From Vicugna vicugna (taxonomy: Eukaryota), in the NCBI GenBank assembly GCA_013265495.1, contig MU058198.1:6525779-6589778 (forward strand): 64,000 nt of DNA, written 5' to 3'. Numbering within the stretch: the first letter of the stretch is position 1; each line of letters begins with the position of its first letter. The notes beneath the pieces are model-generated. The model had not been told where the DNA came from and searched no databases. It saw only the letters and a program-made list of their open reading frames with translations. Shown one piece after another: positions 11,951 through 24,880 of the stretch. The translations under genes were made by a program, and so were the position numbers.

Positions 11951-12289
11951 GATCCAGGAAACAGGGGAGCCAAAACAAGAGAGAGGGGAAGGGCGTCTCC
12001 CAGATGTTGGTGAAGGGAGCTCCCAGGGCAGCGTCTCTGGGCAGCAGGCCTAGAAGACAGGCAGTTCACATTGGCATAAGTCAGAAGGTTCTAGAAAAGA
12101 TTTCTTCAAGGAGATGAAACTGATAGACTACCTAATGTATTTAAACGTTTGTGAGATTTACACAACTAAGACAGAGTGTGGGTTAAATTAGACATAAACA
12201 CCTAGAAAAACAGGGCCTACCCCTAAGAAAAGACTTATTAAACCCAGGAAACAAAACTTTCGGGCAGAAAAGGGAAATTAAAATTTTTT

Positions 12290-13395
12290 AACTTCTGCTC
12301 TAAGACACTATTAAGAGAATGAGAAAATAAGCCAGAGAATGGGAGAAAAATATTTGCAAGAGTCATCTGATTCTGATATAGAACCGTATAACTGATAAAG
12401 GACTGTTAAACAAAGTGTACAAAGAACTCGTAAAACTCAACAATAAGAAAATTAACAACCCAATTTAAAAAATGGGCCAAAGATCTGAACAATCACTTCA
12501 CCAAAGATGAAATACAGATGGCAAATAAGCACATAAAAGATGCTCAACATCATATGCTCTTTGGAAATAGCAAATTAAAACAACAATGAGATATCACTAC
12601 ACACTTACCAGAACGACTAAAATCCAAAACACTGACAGCGCCAAATGCTGGGGAGGATATGAAGCAACGGGTATTCATTGCTGTGGGGATGCAAAATGGT
12701 ACAGCCACTTTGGAAGACAGGCTGGCAGTTTCTTACAAAGCTAAACACAGTCTTACCTACCATCCAACAAATAGCATTCTTATTCATCATTGCCAAAAAC
12801 TTGGATGCATCTAATATGTCCTTCAATAGCCAATGGATAAACTATGATATAGTCATACAATGGAATATTATTTAGTGATAAAAAAGAAACGAGCTACCAA
12901 GTCATAAGGAGGAATAGAAGAATCTTTAGTGCATATGGCTAGGTGAAAGAAGCAAATCCGAAAAGGCTACAAACTACACGACTTCAAATATATGACATTC
13001 TGAAAAAGTCAAAACTATAGAGACAGTAGAAAGATCAGCGGTTGCCAGAGGCTTGTGGGGAGGGAGGAGGGAAGGATGAATAGACAGAGCACAGGGGATT
13101 TTTAGGGCAGTGAAACTATTTTATGTGATACCATAATGGTGCGTCTATGACAACATGCATTTGTCAAAACCCATAGATACACAACAGAATGAGTCCTCTT
13201 GTAAACTATGGACTTCAGTTAATGTTAGTGCATCAGTATTGGTTCAGCAGTTGTAACAAGTAAACCACAATAATACAAGATGCTAATATAGGGGGAAATG
13301 AGGAGGGGTGTACATGGGAACTCTCTGTACTTTCTGCTCAGTTGTTCTATAAACCTAAAACGACTCCAAAAAAGTAAAGTCTATGATAAACAAGA
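12290..13395 (+). mobile_element. Old L1 fragment (end of ORF2 plus 3'UTR, L1M-type)
   Basis: Peptide VQPLWKTGWQFL at ~12700 resembles the L1 ORF2p C-terminus; typical A-rich L1M 3'UTR motifs follow. Confidence 0.85.
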
Positions 13396-13473
13396 AAAAA
13401 AAGGGAAAGAGATCATAGTATTCCACTGAAAGTTGTAAGTAATGTTTCCACAATATGTAAACACTACCAATCT

Positions 13474-13621
13474 TCTTTTTTTAATTGAAGTGTTGTCAGT
13501 TTACAATGTTGTGTCAATTTCTGGTGTAGAGCATGTTTCAGTCATGCATAGACATGTATATATTCGTATCCATATTCTTTTTCATTAGAGGTTACTACGA
13601 GATATTGAATAGAGTTCCCTG
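13474..13621 (-). mobile_element. 5'-truncated L1 3' end
   Basis: T-tail followed by L1 3'UTR reverse complement; 14-bp TSD AACACTACCAATCT at 13460-13473 and 13622-13635. Confidence 0.88.
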
Positions 13622-14289
13622 AACACTACCAATCTAACCAATATTACAATGCAACCAATATTATGATGTTCTGGGTGGATGGGAGACAGGAAGTGGAGGG
13701 GAATTGACATCAGGGAGCTAAATCCTCATCTTCCAAAGTGGGAAATAGAGAGGCAAAGCCTAAAACTAGAAAAAGCAGAACCTAAAACACACTATGAAGG
13801 AAACATAGGGGTGAAAACTACTAATAATTGGGAATTGTTGTCCCTAAGAAATGGGAAATGGGAGTGGGGGGCTGCCCATGTTTCTGGATTCTGAAATGTG
13901 AGCATGTTTAATGTAAATAAAAAATTAAAACCATATTTACAAAAGGAAAGTGGAACTAGCCATGAGAACCAAAGAGAAAGTGGGAGGTTGTAGAGGAAGA
14001 TTTACTGTGCAGAGGGTCGAAGAAAGGGATGGAGACACGTGGTGAAGGGGAGAGGTGATCCTGGAGAAAGGAGGAGCGGGTGCAGGGGAATCCTGAAGAA
14101 ACCAGGACCCCAGAGAGGGGATGGCCTCAGGAGAAAGGCGTCCTCCTGCTGAAGCAGTTGGAAGGAGCTGGGGGAGGTTCGTGCTCTGATGGCGGGAGCC
14201 AATGGAACTGCATCTGGTCCATCTGTTTTCTCAGTGACACATGAACCACGGTTTGAGGGGAGAGGAGAAGGTGGGGAGGGTCTTCCAAG

Positions 14290-14425
14290 ACCTTGCCACT
14301 CAGAGCTGGGTGCCCAGACCAGCAGCATCAGCACCACCTGGGGGCCGGTTAGAAGTGCAGCATCTCAGGCCTCATCCAGATTCTTAGGAGTTTCACAGCA
14401 TATTCAAGCTTGAGAAGCATTGCTC
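14290..14425. mobile_element. MER5-like hAT-Charlie fragment (a second partial copy lies at ~15040-15134)
   Basis: CCAGACCAGCAGCATCAGCACCACCTGGG...TTGAGAAGCATTG; TTTGAGAACCACTG at ~15120. Confidence 0.6.
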
Positions 14426-15428
14426 AGAGACAGTGAGGGAAAGCAACTGGCAGGCATCGTGGGGTTGTGGACCAGGGTGGGTGTCCCTTTGGGACCATGA
14501 AAGGAAACTTCTGGCTTGGTGTGGGACCCTCTGGGCAGTGCTGGCTTGTGCAGCACAGGCACAGAGCAGGTGACGGTTGGCATTTTGCCAGGCAGGTACT
14601 CCACAAGAAAGCCGGGCACAGGAGTGAGGGGGTTCCAGGGAGCAGCCACGGCAATGGTGTGCAGAGCCCAAGCAGGGAAAGGTGGATAGTCATGGCAGAA
14701 GGGGCTGATGGGCAGTGAGAAAGTGATGGGAGCAGTGGATGGGTGGCCTTAATGAGAGCAAAGAGCTGTTGCTTGTGGATACCAGAGCAAGGGATGAAGA
14801 GGCTGGAAGGGGGAAAGGTAGAGGGAGATAATCAACACAGAGATCTCAGAGAGGGTGGAAGTTGCGGTAATTACAAGGCGTGGGCTGTGAGCCTAGGAGC
14901 TGGGGCAGAAGGGAGCGGAGAGGGTTAAGGTGACAGAAAAAGCCAGGGACCCAAGAGGCCTGCTGTAGGCTGTCTGAGATCTCCTCTGTCCTATCCTCTG
15001 AGGTTTGTACCCTGGAAGTGTAAAGATGGTGAGAGAAGAGACTGAATCATTTGCTCTGGGCGTGGCCTGGGCATAAGAATTTTTGAAAGCTCTCCAGTAG
15101 TTTATAATGCGCAGTAGAGTTTGAGAACCACTGGTGTATACAGAGACCAAGGCTCTGAGAGAGAGAAAGATACACAGGGAAGAAATGAGAAGGTACCTGG
15201 AGAAAGGGGCCTTGAGAGGAGCAGCTGGGTAGGGACCGCGTGTCCTGGGCTGTAGGTGAGAAGATGAAGATGCGGTGGTCTTCCCCGGGAGAACTGGATA
15301 GTAAATGTGTGCGTGCCCATGTGTGCGTGCGTGCGTGCGTGTGCGTGTGTGAGAAAGACAGGCAGAAACCGAGAGACAGCGAGGTCAGCGCCAGGCTAGC
15401 CCATCGTCTGTCCAGCACTGCGGCGGAT

Positions 15429-15447
15429 CGGCCGCTAGAGGGAGCGC
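15429..15447 (+). promoter_or_regulatory. CTCF-like site
   Basis: CGGCCGCTAGAGGGAGCGC core with CTGCGG just upstream; sits in a CpG-rich micro-island (~15370-15480). Confidence 0.6.
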
Positions 15448-16749
15448 CGCGCCCGCACATGCGGGGATGGTCCGGCAGGTTTCCTCAGTGAAGCTTCCAA
15501 CCTCTTTCTGACAATTTCTATATTCAAAGTTCAGAGTCTGCAGTCACACACCCCTGGGTTTAACTCCAGGTCCCACTACCTCTAGGCTGTGTGAACTTGG
15601 CCAGTTACCCAACCGCTCTGTAACCCAGTTTCGTCAGCGGTACAATGGGCAGAGAGATCGTTCTCACCTGAGATGGTTCAGAGGCTGAATGAGGTCAGGC
15701 GTGTGAAGCACTGCGCCACACTGGGGAATGGCTAACCCGACCTGACAGTGGAGGACGTTTTGCCACGGCTTCTGTTTCTCTCTGCTTCTCCCGCAGTCCC
15801 TCAGCCCAGACCTGCCCAGCCTAGACTCAGGATGAGAAATAGGGGTGGACCTCTGGATTGGGGGAGAGCAGAGGCTGGGATGGGCAACCTCAGTCTGTGG
15901 CTCATTCCTGGCATGGTGTCATCCTGCTGACCTTAGGCCTTCCTCACCTCCTCCAGGTGCCCAAGGGACCAGCAACTGCCCTTGCCTGGCAACCACATCT
16001 TCCCTGGAGCAATGTCAGTACCCACAGCAGTACCTGGCTGTGAGGGGATGGATGGGCTCCTTCCCAGCTCCTGCCCAGCCCAGCCAAGAGCTGACTTATG
16101 AGGCCACACCCCAGGTGGTGTCTGCGATCCCAAATTTGCCAAGACCCCAGGTTGTAGGGGTTGTAGTAAGCAGAAGGCCCACATAAGCAGTTCCTCTGTC
16201 CTGTTCATGGTCCACAGAAGGGTATAGCCTGCCTGACCTTTTTTTTTTTTTTAATGACTTGCCAATATTTTAAAAATTAGGGCATTACATCTTAGGATCC
16301 AGATTTCCAACTTCTCTTAAGAATTGGAAGCTCTGAAAACCTGAGTTCATATTCCCACATGTCAGTAACAGGTCACAGGTAACAGGTCACAGGAGAGGAC
16401 CATTCAGATGAACCAGTGCTCTCCAGCTCACCACTGTCCCACCCGGGCCATGTGTCCTATTCACAGCCCCTCCCTGGCCCCCACAAGCATCTCAGTCTGC
16501 AACCCTGTGAAGGGAGAACTGTACCAAAGAGGGTTCATGTAAACAGGTCCATGTTGCAGCCATTGGCCCAAGGCAGGCATAAATGCAGAGGTAGAGGGGT
16601 GGGGTGCCCCAGAAATGTGAGCTAACTCCCAGGGTCAAGGAATCCTGGGGGCTAGAGAGCTGCTTGCTGTCCTCAGGCGTTTGTGGAACTTCATGGTCCA
16701 GGGGCCAAGAGCAAACTGCACGCACACACACACATGCACATACCACTCC

Positions 16750-17446
16750 ATCATCCAGTCTGTCAGCAGATCTTGCCACTTCTCACCTCTATTTCTACTG
16801 TGTGGCCTGTTGTTCTCTTCTCTCACCTGGCTAGGTACAGGAGCCTCCTTATTTCTGCTCTTGCTCCTGTAGTCTGTCTTCCCCACAGCAGCCAGAGGGA
16901 CCCTCTTGACACCTACAAACTGCCTCATCCCTCCACTGCTCAAAACCCTCCAAGGACTCCCATTCCACTCAGAGTCAATGATAAAAAGCTTACAGTGGCC
17001 CTGAATGAACTGTCCCCATCACCTCTCTTCTCCTCCCATGCTCCATCAGCCTCCTCATTGTTCCTGAGCATCCCAAGCACATACCCTGACCTCAGGGCCT
17101 TTGCACTAGCTGTTCCCTCTGCCTGGCCCACTGTACTTCTCCTCTCTCCCCATATCTGCATGGCTCCCTTCCTCCATCACTTCCTTCAAGCTTCTGCTCA
17201 AATGTATCCTTCTCTGTGAGGACTTCCCTATATGCCCTGTCTCCTCCCTGCTTTATGTCTTCCCTCACACTAATCCCGTGAAGCAGAACCATTTACTCGT
17301 GAATCCTGTTTATTGCCTTCTCCCCTCACTACCATGGATGAGGGAAGGGATTTTTCTCTGTTTGATTCATTGCAAACAGCACCTAGCCTATAGAAGGCAT
17401 TCAATACTATTTGGTAATTGAATGAATGAATGAATGAATGAATGAA
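16750..17446 (+). mobile_element. L2 LINE 3' fragment with (GAAT)n tail
   Basis: CCTCAGGGCCTTTGCACTAGCTGTTCCCTCTGCCTGG; ends in GAATGAATGAAT at 17421-17446. Confidence 0.8.
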
Positions 17447-20410
17447 TATGAGAAGTGAGGGCAGTAACAGAAGTAAGCAAAGTGGCTTGAGGACTCAGAC
17501 TGCGTGTGTCATGCAGAGTGTGACCAGTGTCCCCGCGCTGGGCCCCAAACTTGGGCTTTGCTGCTCTGTGGTTGGCATCTTGCAATTTTTAATCATTTCA
17601 TCTTTGAAGTGTGACTGAGGTCTGATGGGACAATGAAGCAGGTACAGTGATCAATCCCATTCCTCACATCACCTGGATGGGGTGTTGGCCACGGACTCCT
17701 TCCTCCCGCCAGTCATCACTGCTGTCCTTTGTCTGGCAGCGGCCCGGGTGCAGGCAGGCTCCATGTTGGATGTTCATCGAGGTGGCCCCAGGCACCCTGA
17801 GGGTCTGCACCAGCCCCAAGAGCATCCCCATGCCCACAGGAGCATGACATTAAATAGCAAATGCAAAACACCATGGCAGGCTGAGAGACTGGCTTGGGTA
17901 GAAAGGGAAAGCTTTTGTTCTGCTTCCTGAATGAGAGGGCCTCTCCCCCATTGGGTAGCTGGCCCTGGTGTCAAGGATGCACTCCTCACAATGGCAAGTG
18001 CTGTAGCCATGGGCGGGCGCTGTTGTTGTTGTTGCTCAAGACCCCGTGATGAGAGGAAAACAGGGCGAAGCAAGAGAAAGCCCCCAGGCTCCTGGGCCAG
18101 CTGCTGGCCTCCCAGGGGACCAGCCCAGGCCTGGAAGAGAACATTCCTCTGCCCTCCCCACTACCTGCCTTGCATCTGTGCCGTGAGCGTGAGCAGTGGG
18201 CTGAGAAGGAGTCAGGCCGTGGCGCTTCCTCTCAGCCTCAGTTGCCACATCTGTGAGCTGGGATCCCTCTGGCAGTGACAGCGAGTGCTTTGTCAGCTTA
18301 AACCTGGGGGATGTGTGGGTGGCAGTCATGGTTCCCAACCTGTCACAGGGATTGTCGTGGCTGCTCTGTAGGGTCCCTGGGTCAGGGCTCGATTTCTGCC
18401 CCCATCCCCTAAAATGTTCAAAAGGGTAATAAATATAGCTTTAACCCCTGAGGGATGGACGACAGGGGACCAGGCCTCGGAGATGACTTCAACCCAAACA
18501 TCAATAGCATACATGGCCCTGGTGAGGACGCCAGATCCTGATGGGAACTTCAGGCCAGACCCTGGGGGTGGCTGTAGACCCTGAGGGTCACTGCAGGTCT
18601 TGGTATTGGCCTCAGTGGCCTCAGAGCCCATGAGTGACTGCTGATCTGGTGACGCTGGGGTGGTGCCAGGCACTTCATCCCCCCTCCCTCCGTCCTGCCT
18701 AAGCCCCCATCTCTCCCCAGCCGCTAGAATTTGAGCCATTCTCCAGGATCCACTTAATTAGCCAAGCTCATTAACTCCCACGGGCTTCTCCTCCCCACCT
18801 AATTAACTGACTTAATTAGGGCTTGCAGGCCTGGCTCCACCCAGCCCCCTCCTGCTCCAACCCTGCCCACCTCCTCCAGGCCCCTGGCTCAGTCAAGCCT
18901 CCAGCAGCCTGGGAAGGGATGAGGGTGGGGCCTGGCCCTTTCAACACTGCAAGCCTCCACCCTGGGTCCCTCCGTCCAGGCCCAAGCCCAGCGCTTTGTC
19001 CCTCTCAGGCAGCAGCCCACAGGCAGAGGAGTGGAAACTGAGATAGAGAGACAGGTGGGGAGAGGGATGGAAACGAGATATGGGGAGTCAGGTGAGAGGA
19101 GGAGGTGAGGGCTCTTTGGGACAGATGGGCTGGGCAGCTGGGCAGCGGGGTGGTGCGGGGCCTGGACGCTGGAGCCTGCCTGGGTTCCAGCCCCAGTTAG
19201 CATGTGAACCTTACAACTCCTCGCCTCCCTGTGTCTCGGGACCACAGTGATAGCGCGCCCACACTGTAAAGTCCTTGTGAGGTTTAAACGAGTTAATATA
19301 TGTAAAACGCTTAGATCTGTGTTTGTTAAATAAGTGGGTGGTAGAAATGGACCAAGTGTCCCTGCGAGTGAGGGGCTGCAGGAACGGAGAGGACAGCCAG
19401 AGGGTGGTGTCCCCAGGGGTCAGGGAGACCCCCAGGCAAGTTCTTGGGTGCCAGCAATAGACTGGGCCTGGAAACTCCACAGGAAGCTGCCATCTGGGAG
19501 GGAATCTTGGCTGGGGAGAGGTTAAAGGGACAGGTGGCAGGAAGGATACATGACACAGTATCTTGCTCCTACTCCAGGGTGTAAGAGGCTGGCCCTGTTA
19601 GTTCAGGACCTCTATGCTCTGTGCCTCAGTTTCCCCATGGAGGGGAAGGCCTAACCTTGTGGAAACACCTGGCACATCTTAGATGCCTAATAAATGTCCA
19701 AAGACTCATCCCTGAGAAGTGAGGTAATATGAAAAGGTGCTCAACAACCTTCACCTCCTCTGGGACCAAAGTAAAGAAAATGGGTGGTGCCAGCAGCAGG
19801 CAGGTTGTGGGTTAGATGTAAGGCGGAACTTCCAGGATTGAGAAGTACAAGATCCCGAAGGTGGGAAGGAGAGAAAGTGTGTCTGGGCTGCTGAGAGGGC
19901 TCCAGGGGAGAGATGGCCAATCAGCAATAAGCAGGAAGGAGTGAGATGGGGCCCTGAACACTAGGGTGGCCCTTTACCTACTTAGCTCAGAGTTTGACAT
20001 TTGTGGGTGTGATTAGTTTAGTGTCTCCCCTACTAGACCGGAAGCTCCCAAAAGTAAGGATTGTCTGTTTAGCCCACCCTTTTATCCTGGTGCCCTCATA
20101 CAGTAGGTGCCCAGGAATAAGTGTGAATTCATGCATTTGTGCCTTGGCCAGGAACCCAGAGGTTCCTGATCCTTAAAGAAGGGGCCCCATGTGACACCCC
20201 AGGCACCCACCCTACATGTTCGGCTCTGAACCACCCCCAGCTCCTCAAAAACAACCACCCTTTGAGGGCAGGAGCTGGACTCCAGAGATTCCAAACTCCT
20301 GCTCCTGGTGGGCTGGGCTCTGCCTGAGAATCCCCTTGTACAGCCTGGGATGCTGAGGAAATAGTGATTATGGGGGAGAGGGGAGGACTTTTCATTTACC
20401 CCTGCATTTT

Positions 20411-20529
20411 TTGTTGACTTTTTTTTTTGGTGGTGGGAGGTTTGTTTGTTTGTTTTAAGGGAGGCACTGGCGATTGAACCCAGGAACTCATGCTCACTAG
20501 GTGTGCACTCCCACTGAGCGATACCCTCT
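20411..20529 (-). mobile_element. tRNA-derived SINE
   Basis: Reverse complement of the same head (GATTGAACCCAGG...CCACTGAGCGATACCC); TSD CCCTGCATTTT at 20400-20410 and 20530-20540. Confidence 0.88.
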
Positions 20530-21134
20530 CCCTGCATTTTCAAACACTTTAGAAACCCACATTTACAGTGTAAAGAGCTTGGGGTTGGAAGTGACAGAGA
20601 CCCAAGTCTAACAGGGTCCAATCACAAAAAGGACTTTATTTGGTTACACAGCCAAAAAGTCCAGAATCTTCACGCATGGCTGGATCCAGGGGCTCAAATG
20701 ATGGCACAGGGATTCTGATGCTCTCCGTCTCTTGGCTTTGCTGTGTTGGCTTCACCCTCTGGAAGGTTCTCTCCGGTAGAAGCAACTCCAGGCTTACATC
20801 CCACCCTCTCTCAGTGCAATGGAAAGAGAGTTCTATCCTATTGGCCTGCCATGGGGCAAAGACCCATCTCAGAAACAATCCCTATGGCCAGGGGGCTGGT
20901 AGACACTGACTGGTGGGAGCTGTGTCATAAGCCTAGAGTAGAACAGGAGAGCCCCACCTTCAGAACCTCTAAAGAATAGGAAAGGGTATGTCAAGGAATG
21001 TGGGTCCCCAAAGGAAAACTGGGGTTCGGTTGCTAAAAATGGGGGACAGATGATGCTGTGTAATGGAGTTCCACTCCTCTTGGAACAGGTAGGCATCACT
21101 CCAGCCCCAGGACCCCATTCTTAGTGCTGGTTAT

Positions 21135-21495
21135 TTGTGGCAGACACTGTCCGTTCCCCACCCATATCTCCCGGGCCCCTTTCCAATTTCTACTTGCCAG
21201 CATCCTCACCTCTTTTCTCCAGGGCTTGCTCTGCTCCAGGTTGATCTGCCCACACCCGCAGCGCTGCCTGCACCCCGCACCCAGCAGCTCTCACCAATGA
21301 CCGACAGGAGCTGGGACATAATACATGTTCGGGTTATGTCAGTTCATGTCCTACACGGATAACTTGCTTGATGGCACACCCCTTTTCACTGCCCTCCTCT
21401 CTCTCTTCTCTACCCCATGGGATCACCTCCCAAAAACCAACCTGATCTCGAATCCCTGTCTCAGGGTCTGTTTCTGGGAAACCCAAACTAGGACA
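21135..21495 (+). mobile_element. ERVL-type solo LTR (LTR16-like)
   Basis: Begins TGTGGCAG; ends GGGATCACCTCCCAAA...TCTCAGGGTCTGTTTCTGGGAAACCCAAACTAGGACA. Confidence 0.6.
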
Positions 21496-21927
21496 TCCTT
21501 AAAGCCAGCCCCCTAGGGGTGTGGACAAGACAGCACTTGTTTCCTTCCAAATGTCCTCATTCCTGGGGCTGGCTTTGATGACCCATCCCCAGGGAAGGAG
21601 TGGGCACTGAACAGGCTCTGAGTAGTCTTGTCTCTGGTCTGAGGATTCCAGAGGATGCTCCCTGGTCCCCTGCAATAAGCGTGGCAGGGGAGAGCCAAGT
21701 CCTCTCAGATCCTCACTCTACAACTTCCCAGAGAAACAGACACATCCAGCCCTAAAGAGCCCAGGCATTCAGAACCACCATGAGCAGTCAGTACAGGGGG
21801 CCGGCAGCCAAGGAGCCAAATGTACTACCCATCGCCACGTTCCTAGGAGAGGAAGAGATGAGATCATTAAGATCATTTCTTAGACCTAGATTTAGAAAAC
21901 ATAGAATCACACCGTGAAAAAGTTATC

Positions 21928-22028
21928 TTCTTCTCTCTCTTTCTTTTTATTGGAGGTACTGGGGATTGAAACTGGGACCTCGTGCATGCTAAGCACATGC
22001 TATACCACTGAGCTATACCACCACCCCT
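21928..22028 (-). mobile_element. tRNA-derived SINE
   Basis: GGAGGTACTGGGGATTGAAACTGGGACCTCGTGCATGCTAAGC...CCACTGAGCTATACC. Confidence 0.85.
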
Positions 22029-23032
22029 CTTTGTTTTTTTGAGATACCATTTAGAAACCCTTCCACTGAGTACTTTTAATTATTTTGAAAAAGTGAAAGA
22101 AAATAAAGTGTAACCCTGTGCACATTCACAGCTAGAATCAATGTTAACTTTGTATCATATTTGTGTCAGGTATTTTCAATAAAAAACCATGACAGATAAA
22201 GATGAATTCCCATGATCTAGCCCCACTCCCATTTCCTGGATACCATCCCCCAGGGCAACCACTCCAGATAGTCTTCTCAAATCAGTTGGCATGCTTTCAG
22301 CTGCCAGGAAGAGAATTCCCTTCAAAGCAGTGCCAAGTACAACTGAGCAGCTCTGCGATGTCATCTAGAAGCAGGTTCCTCCCTCTCTGTACTGCCATCA
22401 CTCTGAACTTCCCATTGTTGGTGGCATCCTGCTGGCCACAGTCACAGAGTTGTATTTTGACACCGGAGGTAGGGATCCCAACAGGACTTTTGCTAGAACA
22501 CTGTGTTTCTCGCTTCAGAATATATTCTTCAAAAAAGTATTGAGAAATTCAAAGATCCATCGCTTCCAGCTGGTGTACGTCCTGGGCTGCACCACCGTCT
22601 GCTTTCTGATTCATCATGCATTCTGGTGGACTCTTGGTTTTCTTTATCAGTTATCACTTGAACTGTGTCTCCCAGCAGCCTAGCGTGCTCCCGCTCCTGG
22701 CTTTGAGCAGCTTCTGTACCTTTGCCTAAAATGTCACTGTCTTCAGCGTCCTAAGCCAGATCGGTTCCCTAAGCTGCTCAGTCACCAGTGCCACCAGGGT
22801 CCCTGATCATGCTGCATGAGCCGGTCACCAGCAGCAATGGCATAATGGTGGCCATCTGGGGGAAGAGATTATTCCTGTATAACAAGACCACTGTAATGCA
22901 GACCAGCAAGCCAGGAACGTCTCCTTCCTGTCATGACTGGGGACAGGAGCCATAAGGGTCATCACAGAACACAGCAAAATGCCATCAGTGTTCCACTGAT
23001 GGAGACTGTCAGTATGGCCAAGATAATGTCTT

Positions 23033-23299
23033 TTTTTTTTAAAAGATCTTTTTATAAATTTGATGTATAGTTGATTTACAATGTTGTGTTAGTTTCAAGT
23101 GCATAGCAAAGTGATTCAGTTATATATATACATATCTATATCAAAAATTCTTTTCCAGATTCTTCTCAATTATAGGTTATTACAAGATATTAAATATAGT
23201 TCCCTGTGCTATAGAGTAGGACCTTGTTGTTTATCTATTTTGTATATAGTAGTGTGTATCTGTTAATCCCAAACTCCTAATTTATCCCTCCCCTCCAAC
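23033..23299 (-). mobile_element. 5'-truncated L1 3' end
   Basis: TTATAGGTTATTACAAGATATTAAATATAGTTCCCTGTGCTATA motif shared with the 13.5 kb and 25.7 kb copies; TSD AATGTCTT at 23025-23032 and 23300-23307. Confidence 0.85.
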
Positions 23300-23819
23300 A
23301 ATGTCTTAACAGAGCACTTTCAGTACAGCCAGTAGAGTTACTCAAACTCATAAAATTTGTAACATTATGATATATAGATTCTAGAAAACAGGGACTCTAT
23401 TATGATTCTCTCCCTGCTCCCCGAAACTGTAACAGAAACTTCTGACCCATCAATGAATAGAAAATGCAGCCAAAGGGAAAGTACATAATAATCAAAAGTC
23501 CTGGGGTTCCTGGTTTCATGTGCTTCCCTGTGCACGGGAAGCAACACCCAGCTGCCCAGAGAGCATGAGGACATGTCAGCATTGGAGAGGGGTGTGGGCG
23601 GGCAGAGGAATCTAAATGGAGATCTCAATCTTCCAGTGTTTGTTCTGTGTCGCTCTGGAGGTCATGGTCAAGTTTTCTCTTTTGTCTTCTGCTGTCCGAA
23701 TCACACCCATCAAGACCCTCTCTTGGAAAGGCAGCATTTGCTCTGGATACAAAACTCTGAGCTGGCAAGAGTAGGTTATCTCTGGCTGTCAAGGAAAAAG
23801 GACTACAGCGTTACAAACA

Positions 23820-24880
23820 GCTGCTTTAGTCCCTCTGTTCGGACACATTGTCCTCCAAGAAGCCGGCCAAGATGGGGTCAGATATGCAAACGATTTGTTG
23901 GGAAAAGTGCTTGGGAGGGAAAATAAGAAAGGATCCAGAGGAGGCTGGGAGAACCATCAGACTGCAACAGGTCCAAGATTTGGAAAAGGGAAAGAAGGAA
24001 GGAAGATGGGATAGAAATAGTCTTAGACTGCAGTGCAATAACGTTAAGAAAGTTTCAACAAAGCCAGTGGGGAGCCCTTGGTCCCAAGTTGCCCATCAGA
24101 GAAGCCCTGTGTCTCAAAGGAACTGGGCGAGTTAGTCTCTGCTGCGCTTAATCATGGCTGGGATGGGCTAGAGGGAAACAAAGGAGCCTCCTCTGTGAAA
24201 CTTCAGTCTCCACAGCTGCTGCCCTCAACAGTCACCTTCCCTACAGACAGAGATATGGGCGGTGCATTTTCACGGCTGCCACATCCCACCCTTTGTGCAG
24301 CGCAGTTCCCCTGTGGATGCCGTGAGCCTCTCTTTTTAAGAGGAAACTTTGAAGAGGGAGGTTAGTAGAACGAACTACAGCTCCCCTCTCCCCTGCTGCA
24401 CTTGATCTCAGGGACATAACTGGTACTCATCCCTTCTCCCCTCCACTATCCATTCTCAATTATCCACAACTGGCACCTTGGCAGGTCTTGATGGGTCACT
24501 GGGCAGTGCTGAGGGGTCTAAACTCTTGGTCATCATAACCAATGGATCCCTGGGCTCCATGTGTATTTCTCTCTGTGCCAACCTTGTAAAAGCAGCCCTA
24601 CTTTCTAATAACTGATCAGGGTACTTCTAGTAACTTCTAGTAACTGATCAGGGTCAATTACTGCTGTCAGGACATTGACTCCTCTTTTTGCCTGCTGGTC
24701 CCAGAACACATGGAGTCCGCAGTATCCTGGCAGTCTCCATAGCTTAAATTTTAATGGGACCCTTGCTATGTCCCCTGGTAAGACTGTGTCCCCTTTGGGG
24801 ACCAGGACTTCCCACCCTGCAGAGCTCAGGGTGGGGGGATTTGATTACCCACAGTGCATGTTGGCAAAACTTCATTAATC
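23820..24880 (-). mobile_element. ERVL-like LTR and internal relic
   Basis: Reverse-oriented LTR16/33-like end followed by ERVL-internal-like sequence; assigned by eye. Confidence 0.4.

Noticed and set aside
24598..24656. Short local duplications (TAACTGATCAGGGT twice; also GTAACAGGTCACAG twice at ~16365-16392)
   Set aside because: Ordinary slippage duplications inside old repeats.
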